Shown in pieces: positions 39,301-48,700 of a stretch of DNA of 64,000 nucleotides. Source of the stretch: Candidatus Poribacteria bacterium (GTDB lineage: Bacteria; Poribacteria; WGA-4E; WGA-3G); the NCBI GenBank assembly GCA_965215265.1, contig OZ244048.1, forward strand, positions 1,056,001 to 1,120,000. The letters run 5' to 3'. The position numbers were made by a program, and so were the translations under genes. Every line of letters starts with the position of its first letter. The stretch's first letter is position 1. The notes below the pieces were generated by a model, which searched no databases, had not been told where the DNA came from, and was given only the letters and a program-made list of their open reading frames with translations.

Positions 39301-42105
39301 GACTTTGACGACTTGTATGCCGGCCTGCTCGATTTTTGTGGCAGCGGTGGCGGAGATAAGGGTATCTGCGGGGACTAAGATGTCGCCTGTATGGGGGTGG
39401 ACAATGTCTTCGGCTGCGGTGCGTCCCTGAATTTTGAATGCGAGGGTTCCGCCGTCGGTTTTAAATTTATGGATGGATGCGAGCGTCTTGCAATCTTCGG
39501 CGCGAATGCGAACATCTTGGGCGACATCAACGAGTTTACGTGTGAGGTAGCCGGATGCAGCGGTTTTCATGGCGGTATCTACTAATCCTTTCCGGGAGCC
39601 GTAGGTTGAGTTGAAATAGTCGAGTACATCTAATCCTTCGCGGTAGGAACTTTTAATCGGTTCACTGAGGATTTCGCCGCTTTGGCGGGCTTTCAATCCG
39701 ACCAGGGCACTAATTTGCATGAAGGGGTTTTTGCGTGCACGTGCACCGCTGTCTGCCATGACATAGACTGGAGAAAATCCTTTGACGGCTTCTTGTCGTT
39801 CGATGAGATAGGTTTCGAGGTCAGGGAGCGTCTCAAAAAGGGTTGCTTCAAGTTTCTCAATGGCTTCAAACCATAGGCGAATTCGCTCGTTTTCCAGGTG
39901 CTCGGTGTTGGCAGTAGGTGCGGTGTTTATGAGGGTGTCGACTGCGGCTTGTGCTTCGTTGACCAGGGTGTCGCGGTTGGGCGGTAGGATGTAATCCTTG
40001 ATTGCGGGTGAGATTCCGCTGAGTGTAGCGTACTCAAAGGCGAGTTTCTGGAGGTTGCTGAGCACTTCGGTTGTCGACTGCGTTCCCAATTCGTGGAAAC
40101 AGCGATGTATGAGTGTCGATAATTCGCGTCCGCCTGCTTCCGCATTGAAGAATGGGATGCGTTGTCCGGAATGCGGGTCGGTCCATTCCAGTTCATCTGG
40201 GATGACTTGGTTCAAAATGACTCTGCCGACGGTAGTGAGAATCGGCTTTTCGTATAGTTCAGTACCGTCAGTGCTTCGGTTGTGGGTGAAGAAGAGTTGT
40301 ATGCTATCGTGAAGTTTCAATTGTCCAGCTGTGTATGCGGCGATGACCTCGTCTGGATGGGTGTAGCGGCGATAGTACCAGGGCCGGTTGCTGAGTTCGT
40401 CAAACGTGCTGAGTTTTTCTCTATTTAGATAGGCAGCATGGAGCTGTCCTGCGTCGCCATCATGGGATGGCAAGGCTTTGGTGAGAAAACTGGGGCCGAG
40501 GACCATGTCGAGTTCAGGTACTGCGATGGGTTCTCCGTGAGAGGGCTTTAAGATGTTATGAGAACTGAGCATGAGCAATTTGGCTTCTGCTTGTGCTTCG
40601 GCAGTGAGGGGTACGTGAACGGCCATCTGGTCTCCATCAAAATCGGCGTTAAAGGCTTTGCAGACGAGGGGGGGGATGCGTATAGATTTCCCTTCTACTA
40701 ATACAGGCATAAATGCCTGGATGCCGAGCCGATGTAAGGTCGGTGGACGATTGAGTAAGACAGGATGCTCTGCGATAACTTCTTCAAGTACATCCCAGAC
40801 GGGGCTTTCGGAATGTATATGTTCGGTCAAGAATTTGGCACGTTTCATGGTGCCGGTGTAGCCGTATGCTTGTAGGCGCTCGATAATAAACGGTTTGAAG
40901 AGTTCGACGGCCATGCGTTTTGGGAGTCCACACTGGTGGAGTGCGAGTTCTGGTCCGACGACGATAACACTCCGCCCGGAGTAGTCAACGCGTTTGCCGA
41001 GGAGGTTCTGACGGAAACGTCCGACTTTTCCTTTTAGAATGTCTGATATGGATTTGAGGGGGCGGCTGCCGGGTCCGGTGACGTATCTACCGTGTCGTCC
41101 ATTGTCAAGATATGCGTCGACGGCTTCTTGTAGCATGCGTTTCTCATTGCGTAAGATGACCTTTGGTGACCGGATGAGTATTAATTTGCGTAGCCGGTTA
41201 TTGCGGTTGATGAGTCGGCGGTATAAATCGTTTAAGTCGCTGGTGGCGAATCTGCCGCCATCTAATGTGACAAGTGGGCGCAGGTCTGGTGGGATGACGG
41301 GGAGTACGTCCAAGATCATCCACTCTGGGCGCTGGTTAGATTCGATAAAGCCTGCAAGCTGCTTGAGTTGTTTAGAGAGTTTCAAGCCTTTTTGATGGCT
41401 GGTGGTTTCTTCTAAAGCTTTGCGAATTTTTTTCTGCTCTTCTTCCAAATCGATGTCTGAAAGGAGCTTCTTTATCACTTCTCCCCCGGCTTCGGCTTTG
41501 AAACGCCCAGGGTATTGCTGTTTTGCTTGTTCGTATTGTGCCTCGTTTAAGACTTGATGGGGTTCAAGTATGCCTTGCTGTGCTAGTTCGTCGTCGACTT
41601 CTGTGACGATGAAGGCCTCGAAGTAGATAACGCGTTCAACTTCCTTTGAAGAGAGTTGACAGAAGGTTCCGATACGTGAGGGGATGCCTTTGAAAAACCA
41701 GATGTGGGAAACGGGGGATGCGAGCTGGATATAACCCATCCGTTCGCGTCGGACATGCTGTTTTGTGACTTCAACGCCGCATCGATCGCAAATAACGCCT
41801 TTGTGCTTAATGCGTTTATACTTTCCGCAGTTACATTCCCAATCTTTATGGGGCCCAAAAATGGCTTCGCAAAAGAGCCCTTCTGGCTCGGGTCGGAAGC
41901 TACGGTAGTTAATGGTTTCTGCTTTTTTGACTTCGCCGCAGCTGCAGGTGTGCATTTCTGGGCAGGACCAGGTTTGCGGGTCCGGCGGTTCGTTTTGCTG
42001 ATGGGCACCTGTTTGCAAGGTGCTCCGACGTTTGCAACAGGTGCGTTTCACGAGTCTTTTTATTTCGTCTGCGGAAGAGAGTCTAATCGAAATCTTATCA
42101 AACAT
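36379..42105 (-). CDS. rpoC: RNA polymerase beta-prime subunit with ~650-aa trigger-loop insertion
   Basis: GLFCEAIFGP, NADFDGDQMAV, GEPGTQLTMRTFH, GLKENVILGRLIPAG; likely start MFDKI at 42105. Confidence 0.97.
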   Translation of the reverse strand: MFDKISIRLSSADEIKRLVKRTCCKRRSTLQTGAHQQNEPPDPQTWSCPEMHTCSCGEVKKAETINYRSFRPEPEGLFCEAIFGPHKDWECNCGKYKRIKHKGVICDRCGVEVTKQHVRRERMGYIQLASPVSHIWFFKGIPSRIGTFCQLSSKEVERVIYFEAFIVTEVDDELAQQGILEPHQVLNEAQYEQAKQQYPGRFKAEAGGEVIKKLLSDIDLEEEQKKIRKALEETTSHQKGLKLSKQLKQLAGFIESNQRPEWMILDVLPVIPPDLRPLVTLDGGRFATSDLNDLYRRLINRNNRLRKLILIRSPKVILRNEKRMLQEAVDAYLDNGRHGRYVTGPGSRPLKSISDILKGKVGRFRQNLLGKRVDYSGRSVIVVGPELALHQCGLPKRMAVELFKPFIIERLQAYGYTGTMKRAKFLTEHIHSESPVWDVLEEVIAEHPVLLNRPPTLHRLGIQAFMPVLVEGKSIRIPPLVCKAFNADFDGDQMAVHVPLTAEAQAEAKLLMLSSHNILKPSHGEPIAVPELDMVLGPSFLTKALPSHDGDAGQLHAAYLNREKLSTFDELSNRPWYYRRYTHPDEVIAAYTAGQLKLHDSIQLFFTHNRSTDGTELYEKPILTTVGRVILNQVIPDELEWTDPHSGQRIPFFNAEAGGRELSTLIHRCFHELGTQSTTEVLSNLQKLAFEYATLSGISPAIKDYILPPNRDTLVNEAQAAVDTLINTAPTANTEHLENERIRLWFEAIEKLEATLFETLPDLETYLIERQEAVKGFSPVYVMADSGARARKNPFMQISALVGLKARQSGEILSEPIKSSYREGLDVLDYFNSTYGSRKGLVDTAMKTAASGYLTRKLVDVAQDVRIRAEDCKTLASIHKFKTDGGTLAFKIQGRTAAEDIVHPHTGDILVPADTLISATAATKIEQAGIQVVKVRSVLTCQTERGVCAKCYGTDLTTGQLADVGEAIGIIAAQSIGEPGTQLTMRTFHTGGAVEQASDAPQRQIHAKVNGTIHFRDFLPGSTVRQEGELWVALENRADLDGPAYKVKHVNHPDCQLQPQELLSEKQFSENVERYKGFETNTWQYEVATVNDPTCPLRPGDRLSQAQYDTARSQYGFNIYVTQQYKVTAVRHPDIPVAVGDFLTQTEAEQIKANIHAHFEGEWRYLDNQTGQLLTPQQLTPEEGFGWAGDENIEGFRSQQNRDVDGGEIYEKNRNFKRLYRITARHQQNFPFAVNHNVEEEDIRTWLTPFDLDTRPSYVVNVDAPLHPGETLTEAQYETARLTHQPFQVKKNDTVLHEVTQVHHPDCPLNVGDILTPAELKSAHRRYPGVDAPKLRHRITYVYHPDCPLEPGTLLSDGEFRDARRQYPAFEATEKQLNTGTIETERFSRIIAVHHPDFPLQPGELLTPKETNAYRRQYKAFDVQRTYQMEDGDALTEAEYKAQRKNDPELKQKIKASRYRVLSVQHPQLNLAVDTELSENEYRKLQRQYKAFDVENVYRIVSDTRTPEEGFGWAGESNQSSSADVKEFTPQGGENFLEEIEEKAYRAIQKQIQQMNYTVTRVHHPSFPHKVGTELSEDAYQDAIAQYAGFDTDELAARMHIEVETTTGHREPHLIPAGYSFSVKEGDTIREGSTIAQRHEKTVNRDIVAGIPRVTDLFEARRPKREDAADIAEIEGYIQSVGTKAGIPLYRIVHDGYESRTYPIPDEKRRVAEGDWVNAGQPLTDGYRNPHDILKIGRTLIQGIPLEGEEAVSAYLVDEVQKVYGAGIINDKHIETIVRQMLTKIRITEPGDTPFHTNDEIQRNRFHRVNADITANNGTPATGEPILQGISKAALSTESFISAASFQQTTKVLTDAAVSGQTDPLFGLKENVILGRLIPAGSGFSEFQNLHVAPRQSELESTDTEETP

Positions 42106-42655
42106 TTTTATATATCTCCGTACCATCAAAGGTTATGTTGTGTGAAATCCGATGTAGATCTCGTCGGAGCCACTCTAGGTATAGCCTTTAAAATCATAAC
42201 ATCAAACGGCTCAGACGAGATTTGTAAAGTTATTAATATAGCAGCAGCCTTGTTACGGGCTCCTGTAGACAAAAGATCTCCGTACCATCAAAGGTTATGT
42301 TGTGTGAAATCCGATGTAAATCTCGTCGGAGCCACTCTAGGTATAGCCTTTAAAATCATAACATCAAACGGCTCAGATGAGATTTGTAAAGTTATTAATA
42401 TAGCAGTGGCAGGATAGGTATTCTTTTTCACTCCTGCAAGGAGTGAAAAAGAATACCTATCCCTCAACCTTTTACTCGCCACCCATTGGGATAACCTTAT
42501 ACCTGCCATCTATAGATCGGAGGTTAACTAGGTATAGTCTTTAAAATCTAAACATAAACGGCTCAGACGAGATTTTCACAGGTTTTTATATAGCAGCAGC
42601 TTTTATTGGGCTCCTGTAGACAAAAGACCTTTATTGGGCTGAAATATACGAAAAA
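42105..42655. repeat. Tandem family A copies plus a B-type insert filling the rpoB-rpoC spacer
   Basis: ~42115-42245 repeated almost exactly at ~42276-42406; B-type block 42407-42516; partial third A. Confidence 0.9.
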
Positions 42656-45600
42656 TCGTCTTCAGTAGACGAATTAAGGACGACGTTGAGGCCGAGTCCT
42701 TGAAGTTCTCGGACAAGGACGTTAAAGGATTCGGGGGTTCCGGCGGGCTCGGGATTGAGTCCTTTAACAATGGCTTCATACATTTTGGCTCTGCCAAAAA
42801 GGTCGTCGGATTTGAGGGTGAGCATTTCTTGTAGGGTATAGGCTGCGCCGTATGCCTCTAATGCCCAGACCTCCATTTCACCTAAGCGCTGCCCCCCATG
42901 CTGGGCTTTGCCGCCTAACGGTTGTTGGGTGACTAGGGAGTAAGGTCCTGTTGCTCGGGCGTGCATTTTATCTGCGACGAGGTGATTGAGTTTTAAGAAG
43001 TAGACGTAGCCGACTGTGACTTCTTGTGCGAAGGGTTCACCGCTCCTTCCGTCGTAAAGGATGCTTTTGCCGGTGCGTTTGCTCCGTTCTGGTAAGTCGG
43101 TTTTGTGAAGGAGCTGAAAGATTTCATTTTCGGTGGCACCGTCAAAGACGGGTGACTCTGCGTAGATGCCGAGTTCGTGGCAAGCCCAGCCGAGATGAAT
43201 CTCCAAAATTTGTCCTACATTCATACGGGATGGCACGCCGAGTGGATTGAGGACGATGTCGACGGGGGTTCCATCGGGGAGGTAGGGCATATCCTCGACG
43301 GGCAATATGTTGGCCACAACGCCTTTGTTCCCATATCTGCCGGACATTTTATCGCCGACGGAAATCGGACGTTTGCTTGCGACATAGACTTTGACGAGTT
43401 TTACGACTCCTGGTTTGAGTTCGTCGCCTAATTCTAATTGATTAAGTGCACGTTCCCTATCTGCCTGGTAGGCGGCGATGCGTTCACTGGCGACTTCGGA
43501 GACGCGTTGGATGTATGCCATGGCGGCTGAATCTGTGACATAGATTTCTAAGGGGTTGATGCCGGGGGTGTTGAGGAGTTCTTCGGTTACCGTATCACCG
43601 GTGTCTCCAAGGGGTGCATGTTCTTCTTCAAAGTTTTCGTCTATTTCGTCTATCTCTATATCGTCAATTCCGGGGAAGACGGGCAATGCTAATGTGCAGC
43701 CGAGGAGGGCACGTCGGATTTCTTCATCTTTACGCCGTTGAACGGCTAATCTCTGCTCGCGAAATGTCTCTTCGATCTGCTTGAGTTTGGACTGGTATCT
43801 TAATTCGTCCACATCGACGGGTGCGCTGGCAACGGCATCGTCGGGGCTGACTGATGAGGGCACGGTGGTGCGTCTTTTGATGTTCTCCATTTTACGTGAG
43901 AAGACTTTGACATCGATGACGACACCTTCAAGTCCTGTTTTGATGGTGGTGGAGGTGTCGCGTACTTCGCGGTTGGCTTTTTCGCCGAAGATCACGTGCA
44001 GCAGTTTCTCTTCCGGCCCGTATTGGCTTTCTCCTTTTGGGGTGATTTTGCCGACGAGAATACTGCCGGGTCCGACAACGCTGCCGACACGGACGATGCC
44101 TTCTTCATCTAGCTGGGCGAGTCGCTGTTTTTTGACATCCGGGATATCGCGTGTTATTTCTTCGGGGCCCATTTTTGTGTCACGGGCCTCGACGATAAAT
44201 TCTTCAATATGGATCGAGGTGAAGGTGTCTTTGCGAATTAAGCTTTCGCTAATGAGAATGGAGTCTTCGTAGTTGTGTCCGCCCCAGGGCATGTAGGCAC
44301 ACAAGATGTTCCGTCCTAGTGCAAGCTCGCCGTGGTGTGTCGAGGGTCCGTCGGCAAGGATGTCGCCGGTGGAGACCCGGTCTCCGACAGAGACGACGGG
44401 ATGTTGATGGAAACACGTGCCGCTGTTACTCCGTTTGAATTTGTGGAGCTTGTAGACATCGTATCCCATTTCGCTTTTCTGTGTTTCTCCGATGTCTGCA
44501 TGGAGTGCTTCGCCTGTACGGATAATGATGTCATCGGCGGAGACGCTGACGACCGTGCCTTCTCGCTTTGCGATGCAGAGCGCACCGGAGTCACGTGCAG
44601 CGTGGATTTCCATGCCGGTGCCGACGAGGGGTGCCTCTGGACATAGCAGGGGTACCGCTTGGCGTTGATGGTTTGCGCCCATCAATGCGCGGTTGGCATC
44701 TTCATGTTCTAGGAATGGAACGAGTGCTGCGGAGACACCGACTATCTGTTCGGGGGCGATGCCGATATAATCAATCTCTGGGAGTGGGAGGTTGAAGACA
44801 TCTTCGCCTTTGCGCACCGGCAGCTTTTCGTCTTTTTCGTCTATGTCCGTAATTTGGTTGCCCTTGGTGCCCCGGGGTGCGATTTTTGCTGCGATTTTCA
44901 TGGTGGCTTCTTTGCCCGCGGTGAGGTATTCGATCGTGGGATGCGGTTTGCCATTAACAACTTTCCGATAAGGGGTTTCTAAGAAGCCGTATGGGTTGAC
45001 TCTCGCATAGCAGGCCAGTGAGGCGATAAGTCCTATTGAGGGTCCTTCTGGGGTTTCTAATGGGCACACGCGTCCGTAATGGGTATGATGTACGTCTCGA
45101 ACAGCGGCGGTTGCGCGGTCGCGTTGTAATCCACCGGGGCCGATCGCGGAGATACGTCGCTTGTGCGTCAATTCGTCAAGAGGGTTTATCTGTTGCATAA
45201 ACTGCGAGAGTTGGTTTGAGCCGAAGAATTCGCGTAGGGCTATCATCAGTGGCTTCGGGTTTATCAGTGCTGTCGGCACACAGGTGCGCATATCCACGGT
45301 GTTCAGTCGCTCCCGTGTGGCGCGTCGTATCTGTAAGAGTCCGATGCGGAATTGGTTTTCGAGAAGTTCGCCGATGACCCGGACGCGTCTATTGCCCAGA
45401 TGATCCAAGTCGTCTTTCGGTGCCTCTTCATTCTGGACATCTATCAAGTAATGGAGTGTTGCAGCGATGTCCTCTGGGCGGAGTGTGCGTTCATTTTCGC
45501 CGGGCTGTCCGTATATCGGGATGTGTGAGAGTTTTTCGTTGAGTTTATAGCGGCCGACCTGTCCTAAGTCATACCGATGAGGGTCGAAGAGGTGCCATTG

Positions 45601-47280
45601 TAGTTGCTTGTGTGCCTGCTCTACGTTTGGCGGGTCGCCTGGCCGGAGGACGGACTGGATTTCAAGCAATGCCGTTTCTTGCCTGCTCCGATTCGGTGGA
45701 TAGTCGGCGGCTTTGTCCCGTTCCAGGGTGTTGCGCAAGTAGCGGAGTTGTTTGGCCTTTTGTGGGTTGAGCACGGTTATCGCTTCAATGCCGGCACTTC
45801 GCAGGCGTTCGAGTTCTGTCTCAGTGAGGAGAGTGTTGGCTGTGAGCAGGGTTTCCCCCGTTTCAGGGTGTTTTATGGGTGCTGCACAGACGCTTCCGAC
45901 GATTTGGCTATTTTCGTCTATCTTGGTACCGTCAACGCTGAGGTTTTCTCTGTTTTGGATACCAGGCTGCGCGAGTTTTTCTGCAGAAAAGCTGCTGGGG
46001 TACTGGGCGTTCATGTGGGCGTATTCTGTGTCGGTGAGGAGCTGGCCGGGTTTTAACGGGCATCCGCTGTTGATGATTGCGAGGACGCGGTGTAAAGGTT
46101 GACTGGTCCAGTGTTTCGACTTTCTGCGGAACTTGGTGCGTTCTGCGGGGGTGAGTATTTGTCCAACCTTCAATGGTATGTCGTCGTCGACGGTTGTGAC
46201 TTGATAGCAGGACTCTGTTTGAATGCCGGGGTAGCAGTTGCGCAGCTGCCGGTAGTCCTTATTTGGTATGAAATCCCCGGTGGCGTGGGGGAAGTCGGGA
46301 TGAAATACGGCTGTAACCTGCCGGATGTGTTCGAAGGTCGTCCCTTTCCATTTCCGACGATGTGCGGCTTGTTGACGTGGGGTGAGTATGTCGCCTGGCT
46401 TTACGGGTGTATCAGCCGCGCTGACATCTACTACTTTGTATAGGACATCGGTGGTAAAGCCGGGGTAATCATTTTTAGCGTTTTTATGTTCGGATTTTGA
46501 GAGGAGTTGTCCGGGGCTGTATGGGCATGGTGCGGCGGTGATGTGTGTGACGCGCCAGCCGGATAAGACGGCTTGCTCGGGTTGTGCGAAGAGTTGTAGT
46601 ATATCTGCATCGGTTTCCCATCCGAGCGCGCGAAGTAGGACAGTTGCAGGCATTTTTCTGCGTTTGTTGAGTCGGACATATACCTGGTCTTTTGCGTCTG
46701 ACTCAAATTCAACCCAGGCACCGCGGTAGGGGATAATCTGCGCGGTCGGGGTATTCTGTCCTGAAGTCATGGCTTTTTCAAGAAAAATTACGCCGGGTGA
46801 CCGGTGAAGTTGGTTGACGATAACGCGTTCACTGCCATTGATAATAAAGGTCGCGGTTTCTGTCATCAATGGGACATCGCCAAAATAGACATCCGATTCT
46901 CGGATATCCACGATGTGGGGTTCATCGCTGTCGGCATCCTTCTCACAAACGAACAACCGGAGACGGGCAGTGAGGGAGACCTGGTAATTGACACCGCGTG
47001 CAACACAATCCTCTAAAGCATATTTCGGCTGCCCAAGACGGTACGAGACAAATTCAAGCCGACTGATGTTATGATAGTCCAAAATCGGAAAGATTTCCTG
47101 AAAAACGGCTTGAAGTCCAATAGCATCTCGTACTTCAGGCGCGATATCGCGCTGTAAGAAGTCGGTGTAAGAACTTTGTTGCGTCTCTATCAAATTCGGA
47201 AGGGGGGGCCGCTCCTCTGTTTTGGCAAAAGAGAGTCTTTTTCGTCTGTTCACTTGTGTTGTGCTCCCGTTGCGGTGCAA
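42631..47280 (-). CDS. rpoB: RNA polymerase beta subunit with repeat-module insertion
   Basis: FIINGSERV, GRVCPLETPEG, GDKMSGRYGNKG, GQRLGEMEVWAL. Confidence 0.97.
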   Translation of the reverse strand: MHRNGSTTQVNRRKRLSFAKTEERPPLPNLIETQQSSYTDFLQRDIAPEVRDAIGLQAVFQEIFPILDYHNISRLEFVSYRLGQPKYALEDCVARGVNYQVSLTARLRLFVCEKDADSDEPHIVDIRESDVYFGDVPLMTETATFIINGSERVIVNQLHRSPGVIFLEKAMTSGQNTPTAQIIPYRGAWVEFESDAKDQVYVRLNKRRKMPATVLLRALGWETDADILQLFAQPEQAVLSGWRVTHITAAPCPYSPGQLLSKSEHKNAKNDYPGFTTDVLYKVVDVSAADTPVKPGDILTPRQQAAHRRKWKGTTFEHIRQVTAVFHPDFPHATGDFIPNKDYRQLRNCYPGIQTESCYQVTTVDDDIPLKVGQILTPAERTKFRRKSKHWTSQPLHRVLAIINSGCPLKPGQLLTDTEYAHMNAQYPSSFSAEKLAQPGIQNRENLSVDGTKIDENSQIVGSVCAAPIKHPETGETLLTANTLLTETELERLRSAGIEAITVLNPQKAKQLRYLRNTLERDKAADYPPNRSRQETALLEIQSVLRPGDPPNVEQAHKQLQWHLFDPHRYDLGQVGRYKLNEKLSHIPIYGQPGENERTLRPEDIAATLHYLIDVQNEEAPKDDLDHLGNRRVRVIGELLENQFRIGLLQIRRATRERLNTVDMRTCVPTALINPKPLMIALREFFGSNQLSQFMQQINPLDELTHKRRISAIGPGGLQRDRATAAVRDVHHTHYGRVCPLETPEGPSIGLIASLACYARVNPYGFLETPYRKVVNGKPHPTIEYLTAGKEATMKIAAKIAPRGTKGNQITDIDEKDEKLPVRKGEDVFNLPLPEIDYIGIAPEQIVGVSAALVPFLEHEDANRALMGANHQRQAVPLLCPEAPLVGTGMEIHAARDSGALCIAKREGTVVSVSADDIIIRTGEALHADIGETQKSEMGYDVYKLHKFKRSNSGTCFHQHPVVSVGDRVSTGDILADGPSTHHGELALGRNILCAYMPWGGHNYEDSILISESLIRKDTFTSIHIEEFIVEARDTKMGPEEITRDIPDVKKQRLAQLDEEGIVRVGSVVGPGSILVGKITPKGESQYGPEEKLLHVIFGEKANREVRDTSTTIKTGLEGVVIDVKVFSRKMENIKRRTTVPSSVSPDDAVASAPVDVDELRYQSKLKQIEETFREQRLAVQRRKDEEIRRALLGCTLALPVFPGIDDIEIDEIDENFEEEHAPLGDTGDTVTEELLNTPGINPLEIYVTDSAAMAYIQRVSEVASERIAAYQADRERALNQLELGDELKPGVVKLVKVYVASKRPISVGDKMSGRYGNKGVVANILPVEDMPYLPDGTPVDIVLNPLGVPSRMNVGQILEIHLGWACHELGIYAESPVFDGATENEIFQLLHKTDLPERSKRTGKSILYDGRSGEPFAQEVTVGYVYFLKLNHLVADKMHARATGPYSLVTQQPLGGKAQHGGQRLGEMEVWALEAYGAAYTLQEMLTLKSDDLFGRAKMYEAIVKGLNPEPAGTPESFNVLVRELQGLGLNVVLNSSTEDDFSYISAQ

Positions 47281-47288
47281 CGATTTGT

Positions 47289-47734
47289 CTTTCGTCTACT
47301 GCAGCCCGTTAAAGGCTGTCTATAGATTGGCAGGATAAGGTAATCTTATCTCTCCTTGCAGGAGAGATAAAGAATACCGAACCTGCCAACTGCAATGTTA
47401 AATCCTTTACAAATCTCGTCAGAGGTTTTCTATGCTATGCTTCTAAACAGAGATAACCTCCGATCTATAGATGGCAGATAAAAGATAGTAAAGCGTGTCC
47501 TGAAGGATACGACTTTCTACCTATCCTGCCACTGTCCTAGAGGAGAGATAAAGAGTCCGAAGTTGAGGGTAAAAGGTAAGTTTACGAAACCTTGCAGGTG
47601 GGGAAGTTCTCCCTGCAAGCGGGGATGAATCCCCATCGCAAACTACCTATCCCTCAACCTATCCTGCCACTGGCGCGATTTGTAGCGATTTTAGAAAAAC
47701 ATAAGGCGTTGATGTGCTGAAATATACGAAAAAA
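47289..47734. repeat. Family A element carrying several nested B-type and C inserts, in the rpoB leader
   Basis: B at 47319-47389 splits AAGGCTG|CTGCAATG (intact at 62539-62553); second insert after CTCCGA at 47464. Confidence 0.85.
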
Positions 47735-47800
47735 CGAGAATATGGAAATTTTCAATGTAACTTTAGCAATTATCACTTTACAATGACTGCATAACATAAT

Positions 47801-47829
47801 ATTATACAACATAATCAGTATAATGTCAA
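47801..47829 (-). promoter_or_regulatory. Consensus sigma70 promoter for rpoBC
   Basis: Minus strand TTGACA-17 bp-TATAAT. Confidence 0.8.
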
Positions 47830-47896
47830 GAAAAAAAGCTTTTTTTTTTTAGAATTGCCAAAATATTTGTCGTTTTGATGAAAATTTGAAAAAAGA

Positions 47897-47925
47897 TTGA
47901 CATTCCACACAATCTTGGGTATAAT
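47897..47925 (+). promoter_or_regulatory. Divergent consensus sigma70 promoter
   Basis: TTGACA-17 bp-TATAAT. Confidence 0.8.
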
Positions 47926-48014
47926 TCCGGTAATTAATCAACTGAAATAGATTTTCAACAACGGCATATCCGGGTAGATGCAATTAAGCATACCGGTAGG
48001 ATGGACAAATCCCA

Positions 48015-48554
48015 ATGGGGACATGCATATCACCGTTACCTGTCAAACCCATCGTCGGAGTGCTAACCGCGGAACCGAGCCTGCTGCCAACCGTCTATGA
48101 GGAATTAGCAGATCTATACGGACGGATTGATTTCACCAGTGTGCTTTTGCAATTCACCAGCACGAACTATTATCAAGTTGAGATGGGTACAGGACTCCAA
48201 CGACAGTTTATTAGTTTTGAAAACCTGATGGATGCAGGGGCATTAGCATCTATGAAACAGTTCACAAATCAGGTCGAGCAAGCGTTTGCACAAAAAGAGA
48301 CAAAAAAACGGCGTGTTAATTTAGATGCCGGTTATGTGTGCCAAGCGAAGTTAGTACTTGCCTCAACGAAGGACCACGCACATCGTATTTATCTACGCAA
48401 TGGCATCTATGCCGAAATTACGCTCCGTTTCCATCGCAAAACGTTTCAACCCTGGGAATGGAGTTATCCAGATTACCGTTTACCGGAATACATCGCTATT
48501 TTTAACCATATTCGCACAATTTATAGAGCACAATTGGCGGAATCCATATTTTAA
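48015..48554 (+). CDS. DUF4416-family protein
   Basis: YYQVEMG, RRVNLDAGY, LVLASTKDHAHRIYL, WSYPDY. Confidence 0.8.
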   Translation: MGTCISPLPVKPIVGVLTAEPSLLPTVYEELADLYGRIDFTSVLLQFTSTNYYQVEMGTGLQRQFISFENLMDAGALASMKQFTNQVEQAFAQKETKKRRVNLDAGYVCQAKLVLASTKDHAHRIYLRNGIYAEITLRFHRKTFQPWEWSYPDYRLPEYIAIFNHIRTIYRAQLAESIF

Positions 48555-48700
48555 CCGGTGGACAGCTAAAGAATTACTACTATTTTTATCTCGCACCTTA
48601 AAATATAGACAAATCAACCGCCTCCGTGCGTGAAAAACCACCCAGAATTGTAACCCATCAGGGTAGATTGGTATGACCTGATTTACAGGAGATCCCTTCA

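Noticed and set aside
42288-42797. Small ORFs in repeat-filled spacers (also 34324-34506 and 58893-59102)
   Set aside because: Translations of repeat DNA with no independent evidence of being genes.
36473-47016. Many alternative-frame and antisense ORFs over rpoBC
   Set aside because: Expected from the strong codon and strand bias of these genes; no recognisable domains.
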